DNA from: a virus
Taxonomy: Duplodnaviria; Caudoviricetes
Reading direction: 5' to 3' (one strand)
Virus record (IMG/VR): IMGVR_UViG_3300026198_000001
Span: 7,031 to 71,030 of that record
Length of the DNA: 64,000 nucleotides
In this document: piece by piece, positions 1 through 9,144 of the stretch
Numbering within the stretch: position 1 is the first letter of the stretch
Layout of the letters: every line of letters begins with the position of its first letter
The notes under the pieces: model-generated
The model's database searches: none
Told to the model about the DNA's origin: nothing
What the model saw: the letters and a program-made list of their open reading frames with translations, nothing else
Position numbers and translations under genes: made by a program

Positions 1-170
1 GCTATTTCAGGCTCAACAGGAGCAGGTTCAGTAACCCTGTCGTCCTCTACAAGCTTAAACTGCACCATCTTGTCGAGTACCTCTTTCGGGAAGTCTCCTA
101 CAGGCTGGTCTTTTGCAATACGGTACTCTTTGCCGTCATAGACGAAGACTCTCGATTCTTTTGCTATCAT
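1..170 (-). CDS. Partial hypothetical protein (neck/tail region), runs off the window start
   Basis: Manual translation from the ATG at 170 (upstream GAGG): MIAKESRVFVYDGKEYRIAKDQPVGDFPKEVLDKMVQFKLVEDDRVTEPAPVEPEI, open to the window edge. Confidence 0.6.
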   Translation of the reverse strand, partial: MIAKESRVFVYDGKEYRIAKDQPVGDFPKEVLDKMVQFKLVEDDRVTEPAPVEPEI

Positions 171-181
171 AGCTAACCTCC

Positions 182-556
182 TCAATACGCACGGACTGTC
201 CTGAAGTCTACCCTGCGAGTCAGAGCTTTTAGCTCATCATCATAGAAGTCTTCAGAACCACCCTCGTATTCCAGCGAAAACACCTGTCCATTTGCTGTGG
301 TCAAGTCTTTCCTCATCAGCAACTTTATGACTTTACCCTGCAAGGCATCCAGAACTGTATGGCTGGTTACATCACTATACAGCCATATCTGGAACGGTAT
401 TTCGAACCCATGCGTCATCTTAGTCGGAACATCCCCTCCACGCTTAACCACTGCATAAGGCTTTTGCGTAGCAGGTCCTGCCATACTTGGCTGGTAGACT
501 CTCTCGCCTACTTCGGGCAAGCCATCAATTAACTTATTCCTTATCGCATTCCTCAT
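182..556 (-). CDS. Putative tail completion/terminator protein
   Basis: 124 aa, follows the neck gene; pattern PYAVVK...FQIWLY...RRVDF typical of tail terminators. Confidence 0.6.
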   Translation of the reverse strand: MRNAIRNKLIDGLPEVGERVYQPSMAGPATQKPYAVVKRGGDVPTKMTHGFEIPFQIWLYSDVTSHTVLDALQGKVIKLLMRKDLTTANGQVFSLEYEGGSEDFYDDELKALTRRVDFRTVRAY

Positions 557-568
557 CTGTGCTCCTCC

Positions 569-922
569 TTAGACGCTCCGCAGGATTCTTGCTATCTCTG
601 TCTTATTTGCCTCAAGGGTTGGTACTAAGATTGCATACTTTCCTGAGTGGCATAGTTCCAGAAATATCCCATACGGTACACCGTGGTGCAATTGCACACT
701 TATGTCTGAACGAGACTCTATAACCTTTCCATGCAACCCTCTCCGTGCATTCCCCGTTCTATCTGTCCACGGTCTATTTTCCTTGGCATAATTGACTAAC
801 ATTGGAACAACTCTTGTTCTGCATGCTTCTGCAATCCTGCTTGGATGAGCTAAACCCCATCTGTTTAGCTCACGCATTACTTCATCCATTCCTGTAACTG
901 CAATTCTAACGTTGTTCGCCAT
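569..922 (-). CDS. HK97 gp10-like neck/tail-completion protein
   Basis: Motif WTDRTGNARRGL...HGVPYGIFLEL, plus synteny. Confidence 0.75.
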   Translation of the reverse strand: MANNVRIAVTGMDEVMRELNRWGLAHPSRIAEACRTRVVPMLVNYAKENRPWTDRTGNARRGLHGKVIESRSDISVQLHHGVPYGIFLELCHSGKYAILVPTLEANKTEIARILRSV

Positions 923-923
923 A

Positions 924-1310
924 CTACTTCACCAACTTCAGGTTCAACTGATACCCGTTCAGGTCAGTCGCAATCATAATCGGTCTGCCACTGACAATTT
1001 CAAACGTTCCTATATTCACTACAGTGAACTCATCAGTTACAAAAGCACCCCAACATACATCGGCAGTACTTGGAGCAAGTGCACCCCAATCAGACTCATC
1101 AGCCATACCTGAAACATCCGTGTTTCCTTTACCAATAGACGACATTCTTGCCGACTTTGGGTACAGCAGGATGGTCTGTTCCTTAACCTCGCTGACCTTT
1201 TCCTCACGAGCACCGTCCTTTTCGACAAGTTCTGTACGAACTATGCTAATACTGGTTGGGTTCAGCGATATTACAAGGTCTATTGCATTTTTCTGGGTCT
1301 GACTAATCAT
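924..1310 (-). CDS. Putative head-closure (stopper) protein
   Basis: 128 aa, beta-rich, lies between the adaptor and gp10-like genes. Confidence 0.55.
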   Translation of the reverse strand: MISQTQKNAIDLVISLNPTSISIVRTELVEKDGAREEKVSEVKEQTILLYPKSARMSSIGKGNTDVSGMADESDWGALAPSTADVCWGAFVTDEFTVVNIGTFEIVSGRPIMIATDLNGYQLNLKLVK

Positions 1311-1316
1311 AGCACT

Positions 1317-1586
1317 TTACTCCTTCGGGAACACTACCAACTCTATTCTCACAACAGGCAAGAAATCATCAGCTTCATCAATGGACATTGCTTTAACTGC
1401 TATGTCTACTGACTGGATACTTCCTAACGCTTGCCTTATCAACGCACTGTAGTTCACATCACTGTGCGTAAGTGTCATTGGGCTTATGTTTACCTGCATC
1501 CCCTCTTCGGGTTCCAGCTCAGGGTCAGGGAGGTGCATTCCCTTCGGTAATGGCTTGTCGAACATGAACTCTGTATCCTTACTCAT
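1317..1586 (-). CDS. Hypothetical protein
   Basis: 89 aa ORF tightly coupled to its neighbours. Confidence 0.5.
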   Translation of the reverse strand: MSKDTEFMFDKPLPKGMHLPDPELEPEEGMQVNISPMTLTHSDVNYSALIRQALGSIQSVDIAVKAMSIDEADDFLPVVRIELVVFPKE

Positions 1587-2281
1587 CCTATAATCACAGC
1601 TCCTCCCTGAGTGCCTACCTTAGCTAGAGCCTTACTCCGCAGAACATCTGACTCTGCCTGTAACATTTGAGCATTAAACGACACACTCCCTATCCCAATC
1701 GGTATTGACGTTATTCCACTGCCTATCGTAGTAGCGAATACTCTCAAGCTTTCTGCCAAAGCCAATTCCTGTGCTACAGTCCTCAGTTTCAGTGGCAGTC
1801 CACTCAGGGTACGCACACCTGACAATTTCACCAGCATCTTACCAGCCATCTTGGGCGCAGGTACTACAATAATCGTATTCCTATCTATATCGTATTCCCA
1901 GTCATAGCCATACAAATTCTCGAACTGCTCCCACTTCTGTGCATCAATTACTGCCATCGAGTGGCTATGAAACGAATACTCCACTTGGTCTATAGCACTA
2001 TCTCCTTCCAGACTATCCAAACCTTCTGGTAGAGCATAGCTTGGGAACACTACATCCAGTACACTGTACGTAGTGACTGGTACTGCATACTCTGCTTGAT
2101 TCGGTATCAGATTCACTTCAGCATAAGACACAAGCGGTATGAGGCGGGACAAATCGTCAAGGGCGGTATCAATAGCTGATTGCAGTACAGCAGAAGACAT
2201 GCTTACTCCCTGCGTTCCAAGCTGAGCCTTCAACAATTGTTCTAGTGCTGTTCTTGCTATGAGTTCTGGACTATCAGCCAT
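1583..2281 (-). CDS. Putative head-tail adaptor protein
   Basis: 232 aa downstream of the capsid genes; helical N-terminus, YAEVNLIPNQAEY beta segment and C-terminal SITSIPIGIGSVSF strand typical of adaptors. Confidence 0.6.
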   Translation of the reverse strand: MADSPELIARTALEQLLKAQLGTQGVSMSSAVLQSAIDTALDDLSRLIPLVSYAEVNLIPNQAEYAVPVTTYSVLDVVFPSYALPEGLDSLEGDSAIDQVEYSFHSHSMAVIDAQKWEQFENLYGYDWEYDIDRNTIIVVPAPKMAGKMLVKLSGVRTLSGLPLKLRTVAQELALAESLRVFATTIGSGITSIPIGIGSVSFNAQMLQAESDVLRSKALAKVGTQGGAVIIG

Positions 2282-2297
2282 TGTCTACACTCCTCTC

Positions 2298-2471
2298 TTA
2301 GCTTTCTTTAGCCTTCTTTCCATCAGGCACAGATTGCAAAAACGGAAAACGCATTGCCGTTTTCTCGTCCAGAATAATCGTACCGTTCGGGACGATTTCC
2401 CTTTTCGTGCCCCGCTCATCATACAGCACTTGCAGTAAATCTGACTTGTTTACATAACGTTTTCTTGCCAT
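2298..2471 (-). CDS. Small hypothetical protein (57 aa, not in the ORF track)
   Basis: Manual translation MARKRYVNKSDLLQVLYDERGTKREIVPNGTIILDEKTAMRFPFLQSVPDGKKAKES with an upstream GAGGAGG RBS. Confidence 0.6.
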   Translation of the reverse strand: MARKRYVNKSDLLQVLYDERGTKREIVPNGTIILDEKTAMRFPFLQSVPDGKKAKES

Positions 2472-2513
2472 CTTTTATTTCCTCCTCAATCTGTTCTGTT
2501 CACTCTACTGGTC

Positions 2514-3320
2514 TTATGATAGTGCGGCTTTCTTCCAGTTTGCATCGCTAATCGTATTGTCGGCAATCGCTACATATATATAGCCACTGTCAAAACGAAC
2601 ATCGCCTTTGTTAGCAAGAGTACCATCTTCACCTGAAGCTGTTACTCTATACAAGGTAATCGTGACAATTTCACCATCGTTGTCACCATTTTCGGCGGCA
2701 GTAATTACGACATCGTTATCACTCACAGCCGCATCCCAGCCATCTATTGCACCTAAGCAGGTAGCCAAGCCAGTGGCATCTGCAAATTCGCCTTTTTCTG
2801 CATCAGTGACTGCGGCTTTGACCAACTCTGTGTCAGCAAACTCGATGACATCCCCAACAGATACCTGAGCCAAACTTTCGGCGGCAATTGTTGCGGTAGA
2901 CTTTGCATTCTCTCCACCACTAGCAGTCGTAGCATCTACCATTGATACTGTTATAGCCTTGCCATTCTGTGCTTTCCCTTTAACAGCGGCAGTGACCGTA
3001 ACTTTACCACCAGACTCAACTGCATCCCAATTCGTAAGGGCATTTATCTTGGTTGCAAGACTAGCGGCATTCGTCCAGTTGTTTCCAGTTTCCGCAGAAC
3101 TAGCTTTTGTGAATGCAACACCATCAACAGCAATGATGTCGTCATTTGCCAGCAAAGCAATGACTGCCGCAGGAATCTCAAACTTTGCCGCTACTGCATT
3201 AACAGGAGTGTCTTCACTGATTTTGACATTACCATCTTTGTCAATGACTTCGATGTTGGTCACCCTATCGCCAACCATGATACTTTTCGTGATTATCTGG
3301 TCTCTATAAAACCTACCCAT
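2514..3320 (-). CDS. Putative head fibre/decoration protein
   Basis: Directly follows the major capsid gene; Ala/Thr-rich with two internal ~75-aa repeats; C-terminal GDVRFDSGYIYVA...NWKKAAL fibre-type motif. Confidence 0.6.
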   Translation of the reverse strand: MGRFYRDQIITKSIMVGDRVTNIEVIDKDGNVKISEDTPVNAVAAKFEIPAAVIALLANDDIIAVDGVAFTKASSAETGNNWTNAASLATKINALTNWDAVESGGKVTVTAAVKGKAQNGKAITVSMVDATTASGGENAKSTATIAAESLAQVSVGDVIEFADTELVKAAVTDAEKGEFADATGLATCLGAIDGWDAAVSDNDVVITAAENGDNDGEIVTITLYRVTASGEDGTLANKGDVRFDSGYIYVAIADNTISDANWKKAALS

Positions 3321-3409
3321 GATACCTCCTTATCTGGTGGACTCGGTAGAGCGTACCCCTGACTCTATTGCAATCCACCTTACATTTACTTGGGGTACTC
3401 GGCGTGTTC

Positions 3410-4765
3410 TTAGGTCAATGACACTGTGGCATACAGGTCAGTGATTATCGGTTTACGAGCATAACGACTCATAACAGAACGTCTGGGCTGAAGGTCATTT
3501 GGGTCCATGAAAACAGGGGTTACATACAGGGGCACATATGGTGCATATACATAACCAGTTTCGAACATGGACGCTCCCTTGTGACCAAGCAACATTCTGT
3601 TGGCAGGAGCCAGCGGGTCTTTGTAGACTTGGAACCGATTCTTGATGATACCAAACTTTTCAAGACCCATGCCAGCCTGACCAGCCCAATCCTGTTTAAC
3701 TTCGGCGAAGCCATCCAGTTTTTCAAGACGAGTACAGGTGTCAGGGTCTGCAACTATCCAAGTGGCATTGCGGAAACGCCGCTTGTAAATCAGGTTGTTC
3801 GCATCCAGAATGGCTTCCCACAGAGACATTCTGTACTCACGGTCACTGCCCTCATAGTCATCCGGGGCTGTTCTGGTCCAGTTTACGTTACCAGCAGAAG
3901 CAGAATTGTACAGGTCGTTGATAATCTGGCGGTCAATCTCTCTGCGGATTTCGTCACCCAGAATTGCCAACATTTCGGTTTCTGCATTCACACCATGATA
4001 TGCCACCAGGTCTTGCTGTGCTTCCAGAGTCCATCTTGCTTTCAGCTTTTTGGTCTCAGCGGTTACGGAATCACTCCGCATGTTAAAGTTCACTTCAGGA
4101 ATGTCATTGCCACCTTCACTCGGGGTTGCCAGCGTGTAGTCGGCAGTAACAACGGCATTCGGTGCAGGAGCTACTCCCAGAGTAAACGCACCTGTGGCGG
4201 CATCAGTCAGGGTTGCAGTAACGGCTATACCGTCAACATAAATGGTAGCAGAACCTGCCAGAATCGGGAGCTTATCGGTGTTCGAAGCATCCACAATGAA
4301 GTCCGTTTCAGTTCCGTCCCCAACATAACCATCGGTGTCAACATTTTTCAGAATCAAGCCACGCACCATACCACCTGCATAGTACGCATTGTACCCAGAT
4401 GCCAGATTCCCACCCATTGCAGTGTCAGCAGTTGTTCCCCGTACACTTGTTCCAAACAGGAAGTCGAGGTAGAAAATCATACCTGTGGGCATGCTCATGG
4501 GCTGAACTGATACCAGTTCGTTTGCAATCAGGTTCGGGAAAATCCGTCTGATTAGCGGAAAGGCGAAAGTCGTGAACCCTTGGACATTACCAGAGTTCGA
4601 GGTCTCATGCAGAACCCAGTTTTCAGTGTTCTGAAGCATGGTCTCGAGAGCTAGTCTCTTGTAGTCATCCAAACCCTCTGTCAGGTGTGCCCATCTCTCT
4701 TTCCGCTGTTTGTTCTCTACCAAGAACGAAGGCATCATCTGGTCTTCAGTAAGCTTATTCGGCAT
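3410..4765 (-). CDS. Major capsid protein, T4 gp23-like, with an inserted beta-sandwich domain
   Basis: gp23-like motifs: LIRRIFPNLIANELVSVQPMSMPTGMIFYL, KLKARWTLEAQQDL, EIRREIDRQII, GYVYAPYVPL. Confidence 0.92.
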   Translation of the reverse strand: MPNKLTEDQMMPSFLVENKQRKERWAHLTEGLDDYKRLALETMLQNTENWVLHETSNSGNVQGFTTFAFPLIRRIFPNLIANELVSVQPMSMPTGMIFYLDFLFGTSVRGTTADTAMGGNLASGYNAYYAGGMVRGLILKNVDTDGYVGDGTETDFIVDASNTDKLPILAGSATIYVDGIAVTATLTDAATGAFTLGVAPAPNAVVTADYTLATPSEGGNDIPEVNFNMRSDSVTAETKKLKARWTLEAQQDLVAYHGVNAETEMLAILGDEIRREIDRQIINDLYNSASAGNVNWTRTAPDDYEGSDREYRMSLWEAILDANNLIYKRRFRNATWIVADPDTCTRLEKLDGFAEVKQDWAGQAGMGLEKFGIIKNRFQVYKDPLAPANRMLLGHKGASMFETGYVYAPYVPLYVTPVFMDPNDLQPRRSVMSRYARKPIITDLYATVSLT

Positions 4766-4796
4766 TTACGTATCCTCCTTCTCATTCTTTCTTTTC

Positions 4797-5456
4797 TTAT
4801 TGAAGCCCTGCCAGCCTACGCTGTCTTTGCAGGTCTTCATCGAGGGCACTTTCGTCCTCTTGTGTAACTTTACCACTTCCGGCTGGGACTTTTACATCTT
4901 TGGTCAATGCTTCGATGAAGACAGATTCAGTCTTGAACTGCTCCTCTAACTCTTCAACGGTTTTGCATCCAGCAAGTCTGTCTTTCAGAACATCTCTGAA
5001 GCGATGACCTTCTACCATTTCTTCAAGCTTTGCACTGACCTGCTTGGCAGTTTCAGCTTCTTGAATGGCTTTTTCCTGCTGGGCTTTGGCTTCTTCGAGA
5101 ACCTTGATAGCGTCATTGGCTTTAGCAAGGTCAGCTTTCAAAGACTCGTTGGCTTGGCGCACTTCTGCATCCAGTTCTTCAGTGGTCTTTGCTTCGGGAA
5201 TGTACGGTTTCATTGCCTCTACAATCGCCGCAATAGTGCTCTTCAGCAAAGCCACTTCTTCGGATTCCATGACCTGCTTAGTTGCTTCGGTCATATATTC
5301 CTCTTTCTTTGCTTCAACCGCATCTGCTACTTTCTGGGCGAAGTCTTTCTCAAGGTCCTTTTTCACCTGTCCAACAGCTATTACGGTTGCCTCATCCATA
5401 AGCTGTTGAAACAACTCAGGACTCTGGGCTTTCAGTTCTTCCAGATTCTTGAACAT
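4797..5456 (-). CDS. Putative nested scaffolding protein (internal in-frame start, 219 aa)
   Basis: AAGGAGG (5470-5464), then 7 nt, then an in-frame ATG at 5456 at the protease/scaffold boundary. Confidence 0.65.
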   Translation of the reverse strand: MFKNLEELKAQSPELFQQLMDEATVIAVGQVKKDLEKDFAQKVADAVEAKKEEYMTEATKQVMESEEVALLKSTIAAIVEAMKPYIPEAKTTEELDAEVRQANESLKADLAKANDAIKVLEEAKAQQEKAIQEAETAKQVSAKLEEMVEGHRFRDVLKDRLAGCKTVEELEEQFKTESVFIEALTKDVKVPAGSGKVTQEDESALDEDLQRQRRLAGLQ

Positions 5457-6026
5457 GCTTTTTCCTCCTTCTTTAGATTCAAAGTTCGCAACCTTCCCAT
5501 ACTCGTTCGACTGCTCGAGAACACAGTCAATACCCTTGAGTTCATAGTCAGGCTGAACTTCCCATATGGTTCCGTCAGGCTCGTCTATGGGACGAACTGA
5601 ACCAAAACCCCTTGTCGATATACCTATACCTACCCCAGCGCGGAGCAACATTTCAAGGTGCTTGCCATCATCAGTAGCAAGAACATCCCCCTCAAATAGC
5701 ATGTTGTCCCCTTCCATCCACAACTTGGTGAACTTTACTGCGGTTCGGCTAAGAGACCCACTGTAATCAGGATGGTCTACCTCGCCCAGAAGCTTTCCTC
5801 TGCGTATCAGGTCTTGTGCAGATTCTGCCGCTTTATTCAAGACTGAAGTCGGATACAATCGCTTGTTCCCATTGACCACCCCACCCTTACTTGCAGTTCC
5901 TTTAATGGTCACAAGCTTATACGGATTAACTACGCCTTTCCCACTACCTGTGTCCTCTTTCAAAATCTCGATGTTCTCGAACAACGGCTGTTCAATTAGT
6001 TCGTTATCCCTTATCTTCTTTGTCAT
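4797..6026 (-). CDS. Prohead protease (T4 gp21-like) fused to a coiled-coil scaffolding domain
   Basis: NGNKRLYP, LLGEVDHP, GVGIGISTRGFGS motifs; acidic, Ala/Glu/Lys-rich coiled-coil C-terminal half. Confidence 0.88.
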   Translation of the reverse strand: MTKKIRDNELIEQPLFENIEILKEDTGSGKGVVNPYKLVTIKGTASKGGVVNGNKRLYPTSVLNKAAESAQDLIRRGKLLGEVDHPDYSGSLSRTAVKFTKLWMEGDNMLFEGDVLATDDGKHLEMLLRAGVGIGISTRGFGSVRPIDEPDGTIWEVQPDYELKGIDCVLEQSNEYGKVANFESKEGGKSMFKNLEELKAQSPELFQQLMDEATVIAVGQVKKDLEKDFAQKVADAVEAKKEEYMTEATKQVMESEEVALLKSTIAAIVEAMKPYIPEAKTTEELDAEVRQANESLKADLAKANDAIKVLEEAKAQQEKAIQEAETAKQVSAKLEEMVEGHRFRDVLKDRLAGCKTVEELEEQFKTESVFIEALTKDVKVPAGSGKVTQEDESALDEDLQRQRRLAGLQ

Positions 6027-6205
6027 ATCTCTAACTTCACCTCCTTCCCCTACAAATTAGTACCAGCCTTTTCAAGACATCTTAAACCTGTTCTATTATC
6101 TATAGCACTGTGCACTATCTGCTCTTGGCAGAACAGCACACTCAGCAAACTTAGAACACCATTATCCTATACATATCCCCTGCTTCTGCTACGTGCATGG
6201 CCATC

Positions 6206-7354
6206 CTACTCAACCTCTTTGCGTTTATCCAAAACTACCGTACCTATTGCATGCCATCTATAAACGTCTCGGCTGAATGGGTCCAGCCACTCTGGTAACT
6301 GCATACTTGCCTGTTCAAATTTGCTCAGTGCTATTCTTTCTTCACGGATGCGATATGCTGTTGGCTCTTGCTCAGAAAGCACCCGCAAAGTTGCTAAGGC
6401 TGACATCATGTCATCTAGCAGATTCCAGTTCAGGGTCCGTACAGATTCAAAGTCGTCTACCCCTACATCCCAACTTATTGCTTTGTTGACTTCACCCTTT
6501 GCCAGTGCTCTAGCCACAACTAACGGTACAACCTGAACTGCCAAGTCAACACTGTCTCTTTTCTCATACCGAATACGTAGACTGCACCCGCAGTGGCTGA
6601 GGCACATAGTTCCTCCTGCTCTTGGCGTAGTCGGTAACGTCTCTGGCGTGTACGGACTGTTCATGGCTAAGTCTATGCAATCACCACAGTTCTCTGCTGA
6701 TGACAATTCCCAGTAAATCAGTGTACCTTCATTCGGGTAGGCATCAACTCTTCCTGCATCAAACATAGAGTCTACGCTGTCAATGTACATACCAGCCCTT
6801 GCTGAATATGCCATGCTTCCTCGCTTAGCAACAATGTCATCGGCAAACTTGTCTAAGAACTTATACTCAGCACTCCTTGCCCGGGCTAACCATGCTAGGT
6901 CTTCTTTCGGTATTGCCACTGCTGACAACCCCGATGCATCTGTACCTAAACGGTATGCTTTTTCATATCCAGCTTTAAACAATGTACGTGACTTCTTCAT
7001 AAACTGAGCCTTGGTCAATTTTCTGCCCTCAAGCTGGGAAACAAGGTCTTTAAACTCGCTATCCATCTTGGCTTTATACGTAGCCCATGCCTTCTTTGCT
7101 TTATCATAAGCTGGCTTATCTGCCCCGGGCTTCAGTGCCTTCGTGTAAATTGCAAGTAGGTTCTTCTCATCTGAGTTCTTCCTTCTACTTCCTATACTCT
7201 TGGCATTGGGTCTCTTCGTGTTGACTGGGTCAAATCTCTTCGGATTGTCAAGAGCTTTCTTTACATAGTCAGGGTCTAGCGTATGTACTTTTGCTTCGTC
7301 AACAGACTCTAGCATTGCTATCTCATACCATGTTGCTCCTACTTTCATGTACAT
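6206..7354 (-). CDS. Head morphogenesis protein (MuF/SPP1 gp7-like)
   Basis: Follows the portal gene; Cys motif CGDC...TPRAGGTMCLSHCGC of MuF-type domains. Confidence 0.7.
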   Translation of the reverse strand: MYMKVGATWYEIAMLESVDEAKVHTLDPDYVKKALDNPKRFDPVNTKRPNAKSIGSRRKNSDEKNLLAIYTKALKPGADKPAYDKAKKAWATYKAKMDSEFKDLVSQLEGRKLTKAQFMKKSRTLFKAGYEKAYRLGTDASGLSAVAIPKEDLAWLARARSAEYKFLDKFADDIVAKRGSMAYSARAGMYIDSVDSMFDAGRVDAYPNEGTLIYWELSSAENCGDCIDLAMNSPYTPETLPTTPRAGGTMCLSHCGCSLRIRYEKRDSVDLAVQVVPLVVARALAKGEVNKAISWDVGVDDFESVRTLNWNLLDDMMSALATLRVLSEQEPTAYRIREERIALSKFEQASMQLPEWLDPFSRDVYRWHAIGTVVLDKRKEVE

Positions 7355-7357
7355 AAG

Positions 7358-9094
7358 CTATGCCCTCTTACGCCAAGGTCTTGTACTAACAGGCTTGCGT
7401 GTCAGTTTCCTACCAGTGGCTTCTTCAAACTCCCAATCCAGTAGCTCATACAGAGAGTCAAGCTGAGTCTCAAGGCTGTGCTTCATAAGCCGTATCTCTC
7501 TTGCAGATAACTTATGTTCTGATACCCCTGCACCTGCTACATCTTTAACAGGTACATCTTTGACTGGGTCAGTAGCTTTCTTAATTGCCTTCTTCCCAGA
7601 TGCCTCATCATCAGGTTCAGGTGCTGGATTCGCTACTATAACTTGAGGCTTGAGGGCATTGGCATAAGCAATATCCCTCTGTGCCCTGACATTGTCCAGA
7701 CTATCATCATTTTCAAGGCTGGTCTTTATCTCTGCAATATCCTCATCTGTCAAGTCAAGCATATTGCGATACACCCATTCAGTGCTTACCCCCAGCTCGT
7801 TCCTGTACTTCTTGGCGATTTCAGTCTTAACTGCTTCCATTTGCCATTCTCGCAACTCGTCTATGGCTGACATGATGGGCAGTCTAACTGTATACTCGTG
7901 GACAACTGGGTCAATACCTCTCGTAACTAAGACAAAATCAAAGAGCTTCCGTAATCCTGCTATCAATGCTTGCTGTACCCGTCTTTCTGTTTTTGCAAAC
8001 TGTACGTCAAGTTCAGTAATAACAGCTCTGGCATGGGTCTCACCTTCAAAGCCCATCCATGCTTTGGGTACTTTAAGTCCTGCAAACAGTTTCTTACTGA
8101 AATACTCAACATCGGCAAGTTGCCCAAGGTTCCCTGCCCCTTGCAGAATCTTTACGTCAGAACCAGAACCCTCTCGCTTAGCTAAGAATATGTCCTCCTC
8201 AGCAGACATCGGATTATAACGTAGGTCCATCTTACCCGTACTGGGGTCTATAGTCCGTTTCTTCTTCAGCTCTTTCTTGGTCTCCCTCAAATACTCCTGC
8301 GTAGGTTGTCCCGGCTCTATCCCAGTAACATCTATCATAAAGGCATAGCGTTGCTGTGCTCTAGTCAACCTTGCAATAACAACCCCGTCCTCCATCATGG
8401 ACAATTGCTTGAACACTTTCCTTATCGGGTACAGAACAGAACCATCTACACCATACTTGCTAGTCCTGTCTTTCTTGAGCAGGAAGTGCAGTATCTGCCA
8501 GTCCCTGAACTTGGCTTCTGTTTCCCCTGTGTCTGTGGTCTGCTCATACGGAAACTCTGGGTCAAGTCTACCCCACGTATCCTCAACTACCTTCATCCTA
8601 GCAGGGGCTAAGTGCTTAATACGGTGAACTTCAAGGTCATCATGCACTACTACCTCTTCGAAACAGTCACCATACTTAACCAACTCCCGTGCTATAGACC
8701 ACAGTTCTGAATCCAACTGGAGTCTCCTCTTTACTTCACCCAATACTTCAATCACAGTCTCAGACTCAGAAACGATTTCAATGGATTCGTTCTCTTCACG
8801 GTCACCACTGGTAGCATTGTCAGCATAAATGTCCAAAGCAGAAGCTATTTCAACTGCTTCTGTATCCATGCGTTCGTATTCTTTATACTTGTTCTTTCTC
8901 TTAGTCTCTAGCGTGGTTTCGTCTGCGTACCAGTCATAGGCCCCACCTCTGCTGGTATGCACCGAATCGCCAAACTCACGGCGTGTCTCAATAGCAGAGT
9001 CTACTTCAGGCGGGGCTTCATAAGCAGGATTGCGCCTAAACATGTCAGTCAATCTTTGCACTATATCTTCAACCAAAGGTACTTTCATAGCCAC
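7358..9094 (-). CDS. Portal protein, T4 gp20-like
   Basis: EIASALDIYADNAT, RELVKYGDCF, MMEDGVVIARLTRA, EEDIFL, DVEYFSKKLFAGLKVPK. Confidence 0.9.
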   Translation of the reverse strand: MAMKVPLVEDIVQRLTDMFRRNPAYEAPPEVDSAIETRREFGDSVHTSRGGAYDWYADETTLETKRKNKYKEYERMDTEAVEIASALDIYADNATSGDREENESIEIVSESETVIEVLGEVKRRLQLDSELWSIARELVKYGDCFEEVVVHDDLEVHRIKHLAPARMKVVEDTWGRLDPEFPYEQTTDTGETEAKFRDWQILHFLLKKDRTSKYGVDGSVLYPIRKVFKQLSMMEDGVVIARLTRAQQRYAFMIDVTGIEPGQPTQEYLRETKKELKKKRTIDPSTGKMDLRYNPMSAEEDIFLAKREGSGSDVKILQGAGNLGQLADVEYFSKKLFAGLKVPKAWMGFEGETHARAVITELDVQFAKTERRVQQALIAGLRKLFDFVLVTRGIDPVVHEYTVRLPIMSAIDELREWQMEAVKTEIAKKYRNELGVSTEWVYRNMLDLTDEDIAEIKTSLENDDSLDNVRAQRDIAYANALKPQVIVANPAPEPDDEASGKKAIKKATDPVKDVPVKDVAGAGVSEHKLSAREIRLMKHSLETQLDSLYELLDWEFEEATGRKLTRKPVSTRPWRKRA

Positions 9095-9109
9095 AGCCCT
9101 ACCCCCTTT

Positions 9110-9123
9110 CTACTATACTATGC
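9110..9123 (-). promoter_or_regulatory. Candidate late-promoter element GCATAGTATAGTAG upstream of the portal gene
   Basis: Intergenic 14-mer identical to the one at 13962-13975; core CATAGTATA fits the SigK-type -10 CATAnnnTA. Confidence 0.45.
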
Positions 9124-9144
9124 AAAACTTTCCATATCGACCAC

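Noticed and set aside
3581-4510. Long plus-strand ORFs (also 5004-5600, 26756-27706, 34622-35371, 48524-49315)
   Set aside because: Antisense shadows of well-supported minus-strand genes, with no RBS or recognisable motifs.
6027-6205. Cys-rich reading frame between the MuF and protease genes
   Set aside because: Interrupted by both TAG and TAA; the only ATG-initiated frame is 17 aa.
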